A DNA stretch of 47,871 bases, taken from an uncultured Clostridia bacterium (GTDB taxonomy: Bacteria; Bacillota; Clostridia; Oscillospirales; Acutalibacteraceae). Below the pieces are notes generated by a model. That model was not told where the DNA came from. It saw only the letters and a list, made by a program, of their open reading frames with translations, and ran no database searches. Both the position numbers and the translations under genes were made by a program. The DNA lies in the NCBI GenBank assembly GCA_946637545.1, contig CAMPBI010000001.1, positions 1-47,871 of the forward strand, given 5' to 3'. This document shows positions 10,241 to 20,212 of the stretch, in pieces; the stretch's first letter is position 1, and every line of letters starts with the position of its first letter.

Positions 10241-10888
10241 ATGGAAAGAAACGATATTTCTATTTCGGTTATCAAACGACTTCCAAGATATTACAGATTT
10301 TTAGAAACGCTAAAAGCCAACGGCATCGTGAGAATCAGCTCAAAGGAGCTTGCCGAAAGAATGGGGCTCACCGCGTCGCAAATCAGGCACGACTTTAACT
10401 GCTTTGGCGGCTTCGGTCAGCAGGGCTACGGCTACAACGTGCCCGAGCTTTACGGCAAAATCGGCGAGATTCTCTGCGTTAACAACAAGGTTAAGACTAT
10501 TCTTATCGGCGCAGGTAACCTCGGACGCGCTGTATCGTCAAAGATTGCAACACGCGAAAGCGGTTTTCAGCTTGTGGGTATTTTTGACAAGAACGAGGCT
10601 ATTTCGGGCAAGGTGATTCACGGCATTCCCGTAAGGCACACCGATTATCTTGAAAACTTCTGCAGGGATAACAGTCCCGCCTGTGCAGTAATATGTATTC
10701 CGTCAAACGATATGAAGGAGCTTACCGATTTGCTGTGCAAGCTTGGAATCACCAGCTTTTGGAATTTTTCAAACTACGATATTGCAATGGCTCATCCTGA
10801 GGTACTTGTTGAAAATGTTCATCTTACCGACAGTTTGATGACGCTCAGTTATCTGACAAACAAGTATAAGGAGGACAACTGTGATTAA
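10241..10888 (+). CDS. rex: Redox-sensing transcriptional repressor Rex
   Basis: Motifs KRLPRYYR, ISSKELA, SQIRHD, FGQQGYGY, the GAGNLG dinucleotide-binding motif and WNF. Confidence 0.95.
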   Translation: MERNDISISVIKRLPRYYRFLETLKANGIVRISSKELAERMGLTASQIRHDFNCFGGFGQQGYGYNVPELYGKIGEILCVNNKVKTILIGAGNLGRAVSSKIATRESGFQLVGIFDKNEAISGKVIHGIPVRHTDYLENFCRDNSPACAVICIPSNDMKELTDLLCKLGITSFWNFSNYDIAMAHPEVLVENVHLTDSLMTLSYLTNKYKEDNCD

Positions 10889-11561
10889 AATTAGTAACAA
10901 AGAAATTGCCGATGTTGTTAAGTTTTCGGACACGAAAGTGATTTTTGCCGAAAAGGTGCTGATGGGCGACCTTGCAAGCACGAAAGCATCATTCTTTGTA
11001 CTCGATTTTGAAAGCGGCGAAAAAGAGGCTGTTACCACGGGCGTTTACAAGCTGAAAAAGTTTGGCAGGTCGTATGAAAAAATCTGCGACAAAATCACTG
11101 ATTTTGTTAACTGCGACGCCATTATTCTGAAGGACAAAAGTGTTCTTGTTATGTTTGAAGGCGGCGAGGCAGGGCTGTTTGACAGCGACGGCGAAATGCT
11201 GTGGAACAAAAAGCTGTTATTTAATGACATTCCCGTTACATCGCTTGCGTACGACGGCGAGTACATATGGTGCGTTTGCTCCGGCGAGGACTGTGTTATC
11301 AGATACAACACGGACAATTTCAATATTGATATACGAATCGGCGGCAAGGAACAGAACACCTTCCGTTCACCGCACTTTGCATCGGCTGACGACGAATATA
11401 TATACATCTGCTGTGCTGATAAAATCAGAAAAATCAGCAAAGAGGATTTGACCGTCAGCGACGAGGAGGGTATTTATGATGTACCCAGGCGCTATTACAG
11501 GCTTGGCAGATTCAGCATCCTTTGCAAATATGACGGCGCGTATATTGACAAAAACGAATAA
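10881..11561 (+). CDS. Hypothetical protein, beta-rich (propeller-like)
   Basis: 226 aa with a GTG start and GGAGG RBS, overlapping rex by 8 nt. Blade-like segments (FDSDGEMLW, LAYDGEYIW, ADDEYIYI). Confidence 0.7.
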   Translation: MIKISNKEIADVVKFSDTKVIFAEKVLMGDLASTKASFFVLDFESGEKEAVTTGVYKLKKFGRSYEKICDKITDFVNCDAIILKDKSVLVMFEGGEAGLFDSDGEMLWNKKLLFNDIPVTSLAYDGEYIWCVCSGEDCVIRYNTDNFNIDIRIGGKEQNTFRSPHFASADDEYIYICCADKIRKISKEDLTVSDEEGIYDVPRRYYRLGRFSILCKYDGAYIDKNE

Positions 11562-11564
11562 CAT

Positions 11565-11605
11565 ATAAAAACACCGCAAGGCGCCAGCCTTGCGGTGTTT
11601 TTTAT
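11565..11605. terminator. Bidirectional intrinsic terminator
   Basis: ATAAAAACACCGCAAGGC-gcca-GCCTTGCGGTGTTTTTTAT between convergent genes. Confidence 0.85.
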
Positions 11606-11616
11606 CAGTCTGTTAT

Positions 11617-13785
11617 TTACTTGCAGGTTACTTTTTTTGCAGCGCTCCACGCGCCGTAGGTCTTTTTGCCCGAGTAGTTTTTGTATGCTCTGACGCGAAC
11701 ATAGTAACTGTGACCCTTTGTGAAATTTTTTCCTGTATACGAGGTCGTTTTACCGCCGGACACAAGTTTGTCCGCAACCCTCTGCTTGAAGGCGCTGTCC
11801 TTTGCCCAAACAATCTCATATCCCGAAACGCCGCCCGACGGCTTGTACCAGGTGACCTTAATTTTTTCACCGCCCGGAGCAGTGACGGATTTGAGCGTGA
11901 CCTTTCTGGGCTTTGTTTTAACCGTTACAGTAGCGCTTTTTCCGCCAATCTTGATAGAGCTTCCGTCCTTGACATATGCGGCAACGCAAAGCTTATAAGT
12001 CGTGCCGCCCTTAAGCGATTTAACCGTACCCGAATTTGTTGTAAAGCCTTGAAGTCGGGTATATTTTTTCGTCGAGGAATTATAACTGTAAATATTATAG
12101 CCCGACGCTCCGGTGATTTTGTTCCACGAAAGCTTTACTGACGCAGCGCCGGTTGCTCCCTTTTTGAGTCCGCCTGCTTTTGGCGGTACGGTATGCTTGG
12201 TGTTGACGGATGAATAATCAGACCAGCCCTTTGAGGTGTACGCTTTAACCTTTACGCTGTACTGATTTGCAGCTGTAAGACCACCCAGCGTTGCATAATT
12301 TGCAGAAACTGTTTTGTCAAAGGTTGTTCCCTTCGTCTTATTATTAATATGGATATAATACTTTGTCGCTCCCGAAAACTTGTTCCACTTGAACGAGAGC
12401 GTTTCCTTGGTGCGTGCAGTAAGAGTAAGCCCCGTAACTTTGTTTGAGGTGTCCTCATCGTTGTCGCTGTCTGATGACGAGCCGTCAACCGTACAGTTTT
12501 TTGCAGGCATACGGTCAAAAACAGGGATATAAAACGTGTGCGCCTCGGATAAAACGCCTGCGTCGCTGTACGCCTTGTATGTAAGCTCCGACGCCTTAAC
12601 GGGTGCATTAACGGTGATTGAATACTCGCACGCGTGAAGGTAGCCGCTTTTGGAATTAACGTTGTACTTTTGAAGATAATCGTTAAACTGATACTTGCCA
12701 AAGGTGTTGTACAGATACTTTGCGCCGTAGTAAATCGTTTTATACGGATTAACCCACGGTCTGCCGTAGGTCAGATAAGTCGTTCTGACATCGGACTTTT
12801 TGATATAGCCTATTTTGCCGTTCTGGGTGTATGAATTTCCGTTTTTAACATACACCTTACCCTTGTAAAAGCTGCCGTAAGAGCCGCGGTAAGAAAAATA
12901 TGTTTCGGCTTTCAGCTTTGTTTCAGTTCCCTTGCCGGCGTCGTCGGTGTTGTTGTAGCCCGAATAGAGTGTGGTGGTTTTGGTGGTGCGTAAAAATCCG
13001 CTTGCCCACTCAAGTCCGTTATCGGCATTTGCAGTTGCTCCGATACTGTAATAGTTATAAATTCCGCAAAACGGTTCACGAACGCCGCTTGAGCCGGAGG
13101 CTCTCGACGCGCTTGACGAGCCGATTTCGAGCATTACCTTTGACGCAAGAAAATACGGGTTAACATCAGCGTCCTTGCCTGCGTCCATAAACGCTTTTGA
13201 ATACTTTACGGTGCTGCCCGACTGCTTGAAGGTCTTTTCGGCTCCGGAGCAGTTGATATATGTGATATTTGAATTGTGCATAAACGACGAGCCGAGTATG
13301 CTCTCAACGGCGCTCTGCTTTGCGTTTGAGCTGTATTTCATAGACTCGAACTGGAATATGTACTTTGGGGTAAGCCAGTTGCGCGGGTCCATATAATACT
13401 TTACCGCAGCTTCGGACGCGGACACCCAGTTAGGTGCCTCGGTCACGACATATTCGCCGTCCTTTTTGCAGTTTTTGCACGAGCAATAAAAGGCGTTGCT
13501 CCTGCCTGAAATCTTTTGAATCGACTGCTGCGAGTGGCGTGCTGCACGCTCACCGTCGACTGCCGACTCCCAGACAAGTCCCGTATCGAAAGGCTCAAAA
13601 TCCCATTTGGGATACTTTTTGTGCAGCTCGACGAGCTCGTCCACATAGCTTTCGGGAAAGCCTTTGTCAAGGAGCGACTGTCTGTACGTTGCCGCAGATA
13701 CAGCAAAAGATACGGGAGAAACCGCAACAAACACTGTAAAAAGCGACAATATAAGAGATAATATTTTATTACAAAACTTAATCAT
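11617..13785 (-). CDS. Secreted peptidoglycan glucosaminidase-like hydrolase with three C-terminal fibronectin type III domains
   Basis: Signal peptide. YYMDPRNWL, FQFE, NPYFLAS-x4-EIG and GIYNYYSIGA resemble glucosaminidase (GH73-like) autolysins. FN3 repeats end in YYVRVRAYK...YGAWS. Confidence 0.75.
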   Translation of the reverse strand: MIKFCNKILSLILSLFTVFVAVSPVSFAVSAATYRQSLLDKGFPESYVDELVELHKKYPKWDFEPFDTGLVWESAVDGERAARHSQQSIQKISGRSNAFYCSCKNCKKDGEYVVTEAPNWVSASEAAVKYYMDPRNWLTPKYIFQFESMKYSSNAKQSAVESILGSSFMHNSNITYINCSGAEKTFKQSGSTVKYSKAFMDAGKDADVNPYFLASKVMLEIGSSSASRASGSSGVREPFCGIYNYYSIGATANADNGLEWASGFLRTTKTTTLYSGYNNTDDAGKGTETKLKAETYFSYRGSYGSFYKGKVYVKNGNSYTQNGKIGYIKKSDVRTTYLTYGRPWVNPYKTIYYGAKYLYNTFGKYQFNDYLQKYNVNSKSGYLHACEYSITVNAPVKASELTYKAYSDAGVLSEAHTFYIPVFDRMPAKNCTVDGSSSDSDNDEDTSNKVTGLTLTARTKETLSFKWNKFSGATKYYIHINNKTKGTTFDKTVSANYATLGGLTAANQYSVKVKAYTSKGWSDYSSVNTKHTVPPKAGGLKKGATGAASVKLSWNKITGASGYNIYSYNSSTKKYTRLQGFTTNSGTVKSLKGGTTYKLCVAAYVKDGSSIKIGGKSATVTVKTKPRKVTLKSVTAPGGEKIKVTWYKPSGGVSGYEIVWAKDSAFKQRVADKLVSGGKTTSYTGKNFTKGHSYYVRVRAYKNYSGKKTYGAWSAAKKVTCK

Positions 13786-13953
13786 AATTGCAACTCCTTA
13801 ACTGTTATGATAACATTTTGTAATCCTTTTGTCAAATTTGCGGCAAGAAACTCTAATACACATCAAATTGTGACAAAAATAATCAAGAAAAGACTTGCCT
13901 AAATCGACGAAAAAATATATAATTGAGAAAGGAATATGAGTGGAGGGTTTATT

Positions 13954-14361
13954 ATGCCAGGAAGAAAATCCGATATAATAAGAAATGCCGACAAGGAGGC
14001 AAAAAATATCCTTCAGCGAAATATAAGGCTTATACGCAAAAAAAGCGGACTGACGCAGCAGGAGGTTGCTGACGCACTTCAGATTAAGCGCGAAACGTAC
14101 GGAAACTATGAAGTACGCACGCTGCCTCCGCAATATCTGATTTTCAGACTTTCAAAGATTTATAACATTACGCCTGATGTTTTTTACAAGGTTGAAAGTG
14201 ATGAGCTGTTAAGCGCTCATTCATCAACAGAGGGCGATTACAGCTTTACGGATTTGACGGATCATGAAAGAATGATGCTGCTCCAATACAGGCAGCTGAA
14301 AAAATCAGACAGAGAAAAAATATCAAATTTGATTAAAGAAACGCTAAACAAAACGGAGTGA
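13954..14361 (+). CDS. XRE-family helix-turn-helix transcriptional regulator
   Basis: IRLIRKKSGLTQQEVADALQIKRETYGNYE helix-turn-helix. GGAGGG RBS before ATG 13954. Upstream TTGCCT-17-TATAAT (13895-13923). Confidence 0.88.
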   Translation: MPGRKSDIIRNADKEAKNILQRNIRLIRKKSGLTQQEVADALQIKRETYGNYEVRTLPPQYLIFRLSKIYNITPDVFYKVESDELLSAHSSTEGDYSFTDLTDHERMMLLQYRQLKKSDREKISNLIKETLNKTE

Positions 14362-14379
14362 CTTTTGTCACTCCGCTTT
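14351..14379. terminator. Bidirectional terminator between the XRE gene and thrH
   Basis: CGGAGTGAC-tttt-GTCACTCCG with A/T flanks. Confidence 0.65.
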
Positions 14380-14397
14380 ATTTGAATCTTATAGACT

Positions 14398-14997
14398 CTA
14401 TATTGCCTTTTTGATTGCTGCAAGAAGGTCGTCGTAGGTATCGAATGCAGGAAGCTCGGGATAGTCCTTTTTAATCTGCTCCGTGCTTCTGAACAGGAAG
14501 CCTGCCTTACTTGCCTGAATCATACCGAGGTCGTTAAAGCTATCGCCGCTTGCGATTGTTTCATAACCGATTGACTGCAGCGCACGGACAGTAGTGAGCT
14601 TTGATTTTTCGCATCTCATTTTGAAACCCGTAACCTCGCCGCTGTCGCTTACGATAAGCTCGTTACAGAATATTGTGGGATAGCCGAGTTTTGCCATAAG
14701 AGGCGCCGCAAACTGTGTGAAGGTATCGCTGATGATGATTACCTGTCCGAGCTTGCGAAGCTCGTCCAGGAATTCCCTTGCACCCTCCATCGGCTCAATT
14801 TTTTCAATAGTGTTCTGTATTTCCTTGAGTCCGAGACCGTGCTCCTTGAGAATTTCCAGACGGTAATTCATCAGCTTGTTGTAGTCGGGCTCGTCGCGTG
14901 TGGTGCGCTTGAGCTGAGGAATTCCGCTTGCCTCGGCAAACGCAATCCAGATTTCGGGCACGAGTACGCCCTCAAGGTCAAGACATACGATATGCAT
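14398..14997 (-). CDS. thrH: Phosphoserine phosphatase / homoserine phosphotransferase (HAD family)
   Basis: Motifs CLDLEGVLVPEIW, TTRDEPDY, ISDTF and GDSFND. ATG at 14997 with a GGAGG RBS. Confidence 0.93.
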   Translation of the reverse strand: MHIVCLDLEGVLVPEIWIAFAEASGIPQLKRTTRDEPDYNKLMNYRLEILKEHGLGLKEIQNTIEKIEPMEGAREFLDELRKLGQVIIISDTFTQFAAPLMAKLGYPTIFCNELIVSDSGEVTGFKMRCEKSKLTTVRALQSIGYETIASGDSFNDLGMIQASKAGFLFRSTEQIKKDYPELPAFDTYDDLLAAIKKAI

Positions 14998-15028
14998 AGT
15001 TTTGTCCTCCAAAATAGAATATTATTAA

Positions 15029-15595
15029 TTATTTAAAAAACAGCGGCAGCTTTTCAAGATAAACTATGTCGTCGCGGTTCGCGCTATCGCCCTCTGCAAG
15101 AGGAGCGCACGATGCAACTATGTTGCCGTTAAAGGCTTTTACAAGCTCGATTACTGCCTTGAGGCTTTCGCCCGTTGAGATAACGTCATCAACGATGAGC
15201 ACCCTTTTGCCTTCAAGAAGGTCGCCGTCCTCGTGACCGAGGTAGAGCGTCTGCTCCCTCTGCGTGGTAATTGAGGTGACAGAAACTTTAACAGGGTCGT
15301 CCATATAAACCTTAACAGCCTTGCGTGCAACGATGTACTTTTTGCCGCTGAGTCTGCTCATTTCATAAGCGAGCGGAATCGACTTTGCTTCCGGTGTGAT
15401 TATATAATCAAACTCGGGAACTTTTTTGAGGAGCTCCTCGGCGCATCTTTCGCAAAGCTCTACGTCGCCGAACAGAATAAACGCCGCAATGTCAAGCTTA
15501 TCGGATACGGAGAATTTCTGAAGCTGACGGGTGAGTCCCGCAATATGAAGCTCATAATAATCGTTTTCTTTTCGTTTCATATCTTTTGTAATCAT
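15029..15595 (-). CDS. Type I phosphoribosyltransferase (adenine PRTase-like)
   Basis: PRPP-binding motif VLIVDDVISTGES, plus PEAKSIPLA and ARK. Confidence 0.88.
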   Translation of the reverse strand: MITKDMKRKENDYYELHIAGLTRQLQKFSVSDKLDIAAFILFGDVELCERCAEELLKKVPEFDYIITPEAKSIPLAYEMSRLSGKKYIVARKAVKVYMDDPVKVSVTSITTQREQTLYLGHEDGDLLEGKRVLIVDDVISTGESLKAVIELVKAFNGNIVASCAPLAEGDSANRDDIVYLEKLPLFFK

Positions 15596-15924
15596 ATAAG
15601 TCCCTCCCCGAGCTTAACGCCGCCGATAAGGTGAAAATGAAGATGCATTACACTCTGGCCTGCGTCTGCGCCGCAGTTGTTGATAATTCTGTATGACTCA
15701 ATCCCCTGCTCTTTGGCAATCTCGCCGAGTTTTTCAAAGATGTGAGCAACGTACCTGCTGTTGTCGGCATTTATGTCGTTAGCGCACTCGATATGCTCCT
15801 TCGGCACAGCGAGGATATGAACGGGCGCAACGGGATTGAGGTCCTTGAAAGCCACCATCATATCATCCTCGTAAACCTTTGTTGAGGGGATGTTGCCGTT
15901 TATAATTTCACAAAAAACGCACAT
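15592..15924 (-). CDS. Histidine triad (HIT/HinT) nucleotide-binding protein
   Basis: CVFCEII start and GQSVMHLHFHLIGG triad. AAGGAG RBS before ATG 15924. Confidence 0.93.
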   Translation of the reverse strand: MCVFCEIINGNIPSTKVYEDDMMVAFKDLNPVAPVHILAVPKEHIECANDINADNSRYVAHIFEKLGEIAKEQGIESYRIINNCGADAGQSVMHLHFHLIGGVKLGEGLI

Positions 15925-15934
15925 AATGTTCTCC

Positions 15935-18562
15935 TTAACCAAGAATGTTTTTAACTATTTGCTCGGTTGCAGCAATTGCAGAATCGAGCTTTGACAAATC
16001 TTTGGCGCCTGCCATTGCGGAATCGGGTCTGCCGCCTCCGCCGCCGCCTGCGAGTTTTGCAACCTCACGGACCACATCGCCTGCTTTAACGCCCTTTGCA
16101 ATTGCGTTTTTGCCGCAGATTGCAACGATTGTAGCCTTGGCGCCGTTAGTTCCTGCGATGATTGCAACAGCGTTGTCGTTTGACGCCTTGAGGTCGTCGC
16201 CCATTGAGCGAAGAGCGTCGGGAGTCGTGCCGTCAATCTTTGCAGTAAAGATTTCGAGTCCGTCAATTACAACGGGCTTTGAGAACATATCGGCACTCTT
16301 GAGTTTGGTAATCTCGGCGTTGAGCGCCTGAATTTCCTTTTGCTGCTCCCTGCTTTCGCTAATAAGAGCAGAAACCTTGCCGATTACATCGTTTTCGCCC
16401 GATTTGAGAGCCGCTGCAACGGTTTTTACAGTCATTTCCGCGCCCTTCATAGCGGCAAGCAGATTCATACCCGTAAGTGCTGTAATTCTGCGCACGCCGC
16501 TGGCAACTGACGCCTCGCTGACAATTTTGAAAAGTCCGAGCTCGCCGCTGTTTGAAACGTGAGTACCGCCGCAGAACTCTGTGGAAAAGTCGCCTGCCCT
16601 GACAACGCGGACAATGTCGCCGTACTTTTCGCCAAAGAGCATCATAGCGCCCATTTTCTTTGCCTCGTCAATAGGCATTTCGAGCATCTCGACGGGTGTG
16701 GCGCTCATTATAAAGCTGTTAACAAGTGTCTCGACCTGGGCGATTTCCTCGTCGGTGAGAGCATTGAAATGTGTAAAGTCAAATCTTACGACGCTTTCGT
16801 CAACAAGCTGACCTGCCTGCTCAACGTGATTACCGAGCACCTGACGAAGAGCCGCCTGAAGAAGATGCGCTGCGGTGTGGTTGCGCATAATTGACTGTCT
16901 GCGGTTTGCGTCAATTTCAGCACTGACGCTGTCGCCGACAGAGATTACGCCTTCTTTTACAGAGCCGCTGTGGATATAAATACCGTCGTCATTTTTGTTG
17001 GTATCGATTACGGCAAAGACATTTGAACCGCAGCTGATGATACCGCTGTCGCCAACCTGTCCGCCCGAAAGCGCATAAAACGGTGTTTTATCAAGCACTA
17101 CCGCGCCCTTTTCGCCTGCGCCGAGCATATCGGCAAGCTCGCCGTCGGAATTAATAATTGCAACGACCTTTGCGCTTGCGGTAAAGTCAGTGTAGCCTGT
17201 GAATACTGTTGGCTCTGCTTCAATCTTGACAGAGCCGCCCTTCCAGGCGTCTGCGCCTGCGTCCTTACGGGCAGCGCGCGCAGTCTTTTTTTGATTATCG
17301 AGAAGCTCGTTGAAGCGCTTTTCGTCAACCTCAATACCGCGCTCTGCAAGAATATCCTTGGTAAGGTCGAGCGGGAAGCCGTAAGTGTCGTTAAGTTTAA
17401 ACGCGTCATCGCCGCTGAAAACGCCGTCCTTGATATTCTTCATATGCTCTTCAAGGAGAGCAAGTCCTGCGTCGATGGTTTTGCCGAAGGACTCCTCCTC
17501 GGAAAGAATAACCTTTTTGATAAGCTCCGCCTTGTCCTTAAGCTCGGGATAAGCCGTTTCGTTCTCTTTTATAACGGTGTCGCACACTTTGTAAAGGAAC
17601 GGCTCGTTAACGCCGAGAAGTCTGCCGTGACGGCAGGCGCGACGGATAAGACGGCGAAGGACATATCCCCTGCCGCCGTTTGACGGAATAACGCCGTCGC
17701 CAATCATAAAGGTTGACGAACGAACGTGGTCGGTGATTACACGAAGGGATACATCGTTTTTGTCGTTGTCGTGATATTTAACTCCCGAAATTTCGGAAAT
17801 CTTTTTCATAATATTTGCGACGGTGTCAACCTCGAAGATGTTGTCAACGCCCTGCATAATGCAGGCAAGGCGCTCAAGTCCCATACCTGTATCAATATTC
17901 GGGTGCTCAAGCGGTGTGTAGTTATTGTTGCCGTCGTTGTCGAACTGTGTGAAAACATTGTTCCAGAATTCTGTAAAGCGGTCACACTCGCAGCCGGGCG
18001 CGCAGTCGGGCTTGCCGCAGCCGTATTTTTCGCCGCGGTCAAAATAAATCTCGCTGCAGGGTCCGCACGGACCCGAGCCGTGCTCCCAGAAATTGTCCTC
18101 TTTGCCGAGGCGGACAATGTGCGACGGGTCAACGCCGTTTTGCTTTGTCCAGATTTCAAACGCCTCGTCGTCGTTTTCATAAATTGTGACATAAAGCTTG
18201 TCGACAGGAAGCTCAAGCACCTCGGTGCAGAATTCCCACGCCCACGCAGTTGCCTCCTTTTTGAAATAGTCGCCAAATGAGAAATTGCCGAGCATCTCAA
18301 AAAAAGTTCCGTGGCGGTCAGTTTTGCCGACCTGCTCAATATCGGGTGTTCTGATACACTTCTGGCAGGTGGTAACGCGCTTTCTCGGCGGTGTTACCTC
18401 GCCTGTAAAATACTTTTTCATCGGAGCCATACCCGAGTTAATCAGAAGCAGGCTCTTGTCGTTATTCGGCACAAGAGAAAAGCTCGGCAGACGAAGGTGC
18501 CCCTTGCTTTCAAAGAAAGAAAGATACTTTTCTCTCAGGTCGTTAAGTGATGTCCATTCCAT
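15935..18562 (-). CDS. alaS: Alanine--tRNA ligase
   Basis: Motifs NSGM, QKCIR, HGTFFEMLGNFSFGDYFK, DTGMGLER, the editing motifs HTAAH and CGGTH, and a C-Ala GGGGGGRP. Confidence 0.98.
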   Translation of the reverse strand: MEWTSLNDLREKYLSFFESKGHLRLPSFSLVPNNDKSLLLINSGMAPMKKYFTGEVTPPRKRVTTCQKCIRTPDIEQVGKTDRHGTFFEMLGNFSFGDYFKKEATAWAWEFCTEVLELPVDKLYVTIYENDDEAFEIWTKQNGVDPSHIVRLGKEDNFWEHGSGPCGPCSEIYFDRGEKYGCGKPDCAPGCECDRFTEFWNNVFTQFDNDGNNNYTPLEHPNIDTGMGLERLACIMQGVDNIFEVDTVANIMKKISEISGVKYHDNDKNDVSLRVITDHVRSSTFMIGDGVIPSNGGRGYVLRRLIRRACRHGRLLGVNEPFLYKVCDTVIKENETAYPELKDKAELIKKVILSEEESFGKTIDAGLALLEEHMKNIKDGVFSGDDAFKLNDTYGFPLDLTKDILAERGIEVDEKRFNELLDNQKKTARAARKDAGADAWKGGSVKIEAEPTVFTGYTDFTASAKVVAIINSDGELADMLGAGEKGAVVLDKTPFYALSGGQVGDSGIISCGSNVFAVIDTNKNDDGIYIHSGSVKEGVISVGDSVSAEIDANRRQSIMRNHTAAHLLQAALRQVLGNHVEQAGQLVDESVVRFDFTHFNALTDEEIAQVETLVNSFIMSATPVEMLEMPIDEAKKMGAMMLFGEKYGDIVRVVRAGDFSTEFCGGTHVSNSGELGLFKIVSEASVASGVRRITALTGMNLLAAMKGAEMTVKTVAAALKSGENDVIGKVSALISESREQQKEIQALNAEITKLKSADMFSKPVVIDGLEIFTAKIDGTTPDALRSMGDDLKASNDNAVAIIAGTNGAKATIVAICGKNAIAKGVKAGDVVREVAKLAGGGGGGRPDSAMAGAKDLSKLDSAIAATEQIVKNILG

Positions 18563-18608
18563 TTATATTATACCTCGCGGTCAGATTATTAATTCAATTA
18601 AGCACGAC

Positions 18609-18635
18609 AAACGCTGCGACAGAAAAGTCGCAGCG
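18609..18635 (-). terminator. Hairpin or terminator after ackA-ydbC
   Basis: CGCTGCGAC-agaaaa-GTCGCAGCG with a short U-tract on the minus strand. Confidence 0.55.
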
Positions 18636-18648
18636 CTGTATCATGTGA

Positions 18649-18864
18649 TTAGAGCTTTTCTACAATCTTTGCAAGTTCCTGGAGCTCTTCCTTTGTAAAG
18701 GTAAGACCTTTGCTCATCTTGTCGTGCTCGGGTGACCAATCTCTTACGTCAACCTTTGGCTCACGACCATTCCAGGAAATCATATTAACCTCTCTTGTCC
18801 AGCCTCTTGCAGTTTCGCTGATAACGCCAAGGTGCTCTGTGATTTCGTACTTGATTTCAGGCAT
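18649..18864 (-). CDS. YdbC/PC4-like ssDNA-binding protein
   Basis: 71 aa. GWTREVNMISWNGREPKVDVRDWSPEHDKMSKGLT is the YdbC family pattern. Confidence 0.9.
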   Translation of the reverse strand: MPEIKYEITEHLGVISETARGWTREVNMISWNGREPKVDVRDWSPEHDKMSKGLTFTKEELQELAKIVEKL

Positions 18865-18894
18865 TTTACTCTCCTCCTTTGCAATATATTTGAA

Positions 18895-20112
18895 TTATAA
18901 GTTATTTACAATTTCTTTAGTGTCGCGCGCAATCATAAGCTCCTCGTCAGTTGCGAGAATAAATACTCTTACGCTGTCGCTTTCATTTGTAAGCTCTGCC
19001 TCTGCGCCCTTGACAGTTTTTGCATTAACATCCTCGTCAATCTTAACGCCGAGATAGCCGAGATATGAGCAGATTGTTGAACGCAGCCATACGCCGTTTT
19101 CGCCGATACCACCGGTGAATACAATGGCGTCAACACCGTTCATCGCTGCAACATACGAGCCGATGAACTTTGCAATTTCATAAGCCTGCATCTCGTGAGC
19201 GAGGATTGCTCTGTCATTGCCGAGAGCCTGTGCTGCGCAGATATCTCTGTCGTCTGACGAAACGCCCGAAACAGCGTTAACGCCTGACTTCTTGTTGAGA
19301 ATTACATCCATTTCGTCGGGAGTAAGGTTTTCCTTTTTCATAATAAAGGTAACTGCCGACGGGTCAACGGCGCCCGAGCGTGTGCCCATCATAAAGCCGT
19401 CAAGCGGAGTAAAGCCCATTGATGTATCAATTACCTTGCCGTTCTTGACAGCGGCAATTGACGAGCCGTTGCCGAGGTGGCAGGTGATAATCTTGAGGTC
19501 ATTAAAGTCCTTGCCCATCTTGTCTGCAACTCTGTGAGATACAAACTTGTGGGATGTGCCGTGGAAGCCGTACTTGCGGATTCCGTACTTTTCATAATAC
19601 TCATACGGGATAGCGTACATATACGCTTTTGCAGGCATTGTAGAATGGAACGCTGTGTCAAAAACAAACACCTGCGGAACGTCCTTGCCAACAACATTTA
19701 CGCACGCCTCGTAGCCCTGAAGGTTTGCCGGGTTGTGAAGCGGAGCAAGCGGTGAAAGCTCCTCAATATCCTTTGCAACCTCATCGGTAACAAGGACGGA
19801 ATTTTTATATCTGTCGCCGCCCTGTACAACACGGTGACCGATTGCGTCGATTTCGCCAAACGAATCAACAACCTTATGCTCGCCCTCCGAAAGAATATAC
19901 TTAACCTCGTTGAAGGCGTCGGTGTGGGTGGGAAGCTCCTTGTCATAAGTGAACTTGTCGCCGCCAACTTTGATAATTACATTTTCCTCGCCGCCCTCGA
20001 TTTTAAGACCGATTCTTTCGATGGCGCCTTTACAAAGAACAGACTCATCAGTCATATCCATAAGCTGATATTTGAGTGATGAGCTGCCACAGTTAATTAC
20101 AAGAATTTTCAA
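18895..20112 (-). CDS. ackA: Acetate kinase
   Basis: Motifs KILVINCGSSSLKY, GHRVV, APLHNP, FDTAFH, GFHGTSH, CHLGNGSS and TDEE. TTG start at 20112 with a GGAGG RBS. Confidence 0.97.
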   Translation of the reverse strand: MKILVINCGSSSLKYQLMDMTDESVLCKGAIERIGLKIEGGEENVIIKVGGDKFTYDKELPTHTDAFNEVKYILSEGEHKVVDSFGEIDAIGHRVVQGGDRYKNSVLVTDEVAKDIEELSPLAPLHNPANLQGYEACVNVVGKDVPQVFVFDTAFHSTMPAKAYMYAIPYEYYEKYGIRKYGFHGTSHKFVSHRVADKMGKDFNDLKIITCHLGNGSSIAAVKNGKVIDTSMGFTPLDGFMMGTRSGAVDPSAVTFIMKKENLTPDEMDVILNKKSGVNAVSGVSSDDRDICAAQALGNDRAILAHEMQAYEIAKFIGSYVAAMNGVDAIVFTGGIGENGVWLRSTICSYLGYLGVKIDEDVNAKTVKGAEAELTNESDSVRVFILATDEELMIARDTKEIVNNL

Positions 20113-20212
20113 AACTGTAACCTCCGTACTTGAAATATACTTTAACATCCTTTATAATATAATATATAATAGTATAATGTCAAGTAAAAATAATAATTTA
20201 GAAGGATTTTTT

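Noticed and set aside
18563-18648. T-box riboswitch upstream of alaS
   Set aside because: The region is only 86 nt with one hairpin and no T-box consensus, too short for a T-box leader.
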